Assembly (NCBI GenBank): GCA_002633005.1
Contig: NMRA01000181.1
Location: 320,959-384,958, forward strand
Direction of reading: 5' to 3'
DNA from: Phoronis australis
Taxonomy: Eukaryota > Animalia > Phoronida
DNA: 64,000 bases
The notes below the pieces were generated by a model that saw nothing but the letters and a program-made list of their open reading frames with translations, ran no database searches and was not told the DNA's origin. Each line of letters opens with the position of its first letter. Position 1 is the first letter of the stretch. Positions 61,820 through 64,000 of the stretch are shown one piece after another. A program made the translations under genes and the position numbers.

Positions 61820-64000
61820 CCTGTATTATGATATGCATAACTTGTAAAATGTTTGTAAATATGTTAATAGATGTAAATATTGTACAAAATAACTAGAGGA
61901 TTTGTTATATTTGTTCACATTGCCGTAACATATTTTTAGATGCTTGCCTGGGAGGTAAAAATTTAGACTGGGGAAAGAGTTAGGAGTTCAGCCTAGGTTT
62001 AGTTCAGACTGCGGGAAGTTTGGTTCAGTCTCTTCGTGGTGACCCTCTTTTGCATGTATGTTACGTAGTCACTGGAAAGTTTATTCAACACTGTCATACT
62101 GAAGAAGGTGGTGTTGAAGTTGAATTGGGACGTCACTGACTAATTCCGCATTCCTTGGTCTGTTATTGGTTGTGACTGTCCACTATGCGTCGCAATTGAC
62201 CTATCGCAAGCTCCACCCCTTGCGTAAATTCGACTAACAACCAATAACTTTTACCCGGCAACGTGTTGCTTGTCGGGTAAAATGGCGGTTTGGAGTGTCA
62301 AGAATGATAAGTTCTAAATGGTCAGTTAAGCCGTCACTTAAAATCCTGGCGATAGGACAATGGATGTTGACAACTTTTTGTTAGCCTTTTATGCAAATCC
62401 TACTTTTGCTTGTTTATTGAAACTCAAAAAAAGAGATTTGTTAGCGGTTGGTGGCACATTAGGTCTTGTTATGAAGACGGCAATGAGCAAGGATGAAATC
62501 CTGAGAATAATTTGTCAGCATTGTGTAGACGAAGATTTGTTAACTGATGAAGTTCTTGATCAGACACCACCCCTTGTGGAGGTTTAGAGTGAAACTGGGA
62601 TTGATGAGATTAAGTTACACCTGTCTTTTGAAAATTTAAAATTTGAAAGTGAGTTACAATTACAGCAACATCAACTAGGGCTTGGAGAATGAGAAAATAT
62701 TGTAAGCGGAAATGGAGAGGTCAAAGTTTGAGTTATAAAAAGAAAAACTGAAGAGCAGCCTCCCGTTCAGTAATGCTAGGACGTCGCTAAAAAGAAAGAC
62801 TTCGCGAGATTACGTAAGATATTGCCGTGCAATTTAGATGAGAGCACGTGACTTTGAGTAGGTTTTTAGCTAGGTCCTAGCGTAGGTCTTTGCGTCTACT
62901 GAACGCACGCCAGAGTGAGTTTTAATGTAACTAAACATTGTAGAAGTACCCGCATTTCAGCAGAAGGACCTTGACCAGTATTTCCCGTGCTTTGAGTATT
63001 GCGTTATGCCCTGCGGTGTGAAAAGTTCAGCTGCGACTTTAATGTCCAGGTTTACATTGATGACATTATAGTTAGTAGTCCTACTTTAATGCACATTTGT
63101 GGGATTTGAGGCATGTTTTTTCTGGTGCTAATTTAAGTATTAATTTGGCGAAAAGTGATCTCGGTCATGCACGTAACGTTTTTAGGTCATGTTGTTGAAG
63201 GGGGGAAAGTGCGACCTCGTGAAGCTGTTTTGGCTTTTCGTACTCCCACTGACGAGAGGTCTTAGTCTAGATTCCGGAGAATGGCCGGTTGCTAAAGACG
63301 TTTTTGTACAAATTATTCTGAGGTTGTATTACCTTTGACTAGTTCTACTTCAAGTAAACTGAATTTTGTGTGAATTATTGCATGCCAAAAGGCTTTTGAA
63401 AATGGAAAAAGTATTGTTGCTGCTGCTCCTGGTTTTTGTGAGCCGTTCAAGTTCACTGTTGATGCTTCAAATGTTGGGGCATATTGTGTTTTGCTACAGG
63501 AAGATGCCCATGTCACTGTCTTATTTTTCTAAGAAATTCATGAGAAACCAGCGCTGTTATTCACCCTTTGAAAAGGAGGCTTTCGCATTGATTATGGCAT
63601 TGCAGCATTTCGAAATTTATGTATCGTCTATGAGTTCACCGTTGATTGTGTATACTGATCACAACCCGCCAGTTTTTTTAAAATAAGATGAGGGGAAATG
63701 ATCAGGGAATACTTGTGGGAGTCTCATTGTGCAGGAGCTCGAACTTGATGTTTGGCATGTCAGAGGAAAGTATAATATTATTGCTCAAAGTTAGTCTAGG
63801 ATTCGACTGAGGTCCCTAGAGTCTGTTTTTTTTTTGGAGAGTTGCATTACGGACGCGTTTAGTTACCTTGTAAATATGTTAAAGGCCAAGTATGGTGCCA
63901 AAATGACTAGTCCACTGAATACATGGGAATTAGAAGAATTTATGTGACCCAAAATTAGTTTTTTCACAATAACTTCCTCAATACTTTTAATAACAACATG
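61820..64000 (+). mobile_element. Degenerate, internally deleted Gypsy LTR retrotransposon
   Basis: Gag-like start (FYANPTFACLLKLKKRDLL), RT YIDDII at ~63052, RNase H TVDASNVGA..YFSKKF..YSPFEKEAFALIMALQHFEIYV..VYTDHNP; boundaries approximate. Confidence 0.8.

Overview
AT-rich metazoan (invertebrate-type) genomic DNA with spliceosomal introns, dense transposon debris and two assembly gaps (40725-40776, 55990-56235); most entries in the ORF track are spurious. The host content is two tandem + strand paralogs of a single-pass membrane protein: Sushi/CCP domain, Cys-rich TM helix, basic stop-transfer and a C-terminal DESVV class I PDZ-type tail. Only the last two exons of paralog 1 are in the window (359-583, 3177-3484). 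Paralog 2 appears nearly complete (about 35338-60000). The main finding is that the ~12 kb degenerate tandem repeat at 38.5-50.8 kb is an array of ~1.08 kb exon+intron units, each carrying a 30-nt phase-1/phase-1 micro-exon with canonical splice sites that encodes a 10-residue Thr/Ser/Ala-rich peptide. Six are intact, in A-B-C-A'-B'-C' order. They splice in frame to upstream signal-peptide-like exons and to the downstream 60-nt, Sushi and TM exons, which suggests a length-tunable mucin-like surface protein family. The rest is mobile DNA: several Kolobok elements (TTAA TSDs, THAP, P2X7-ballast-like KolX), an ISL2EU-like THAP element, BEL/Pao, Gypsy, Penelope, two LINE types, SINE heads and nested MITEs. 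All gene models and counts are by-hand readings with no transcript or database support.
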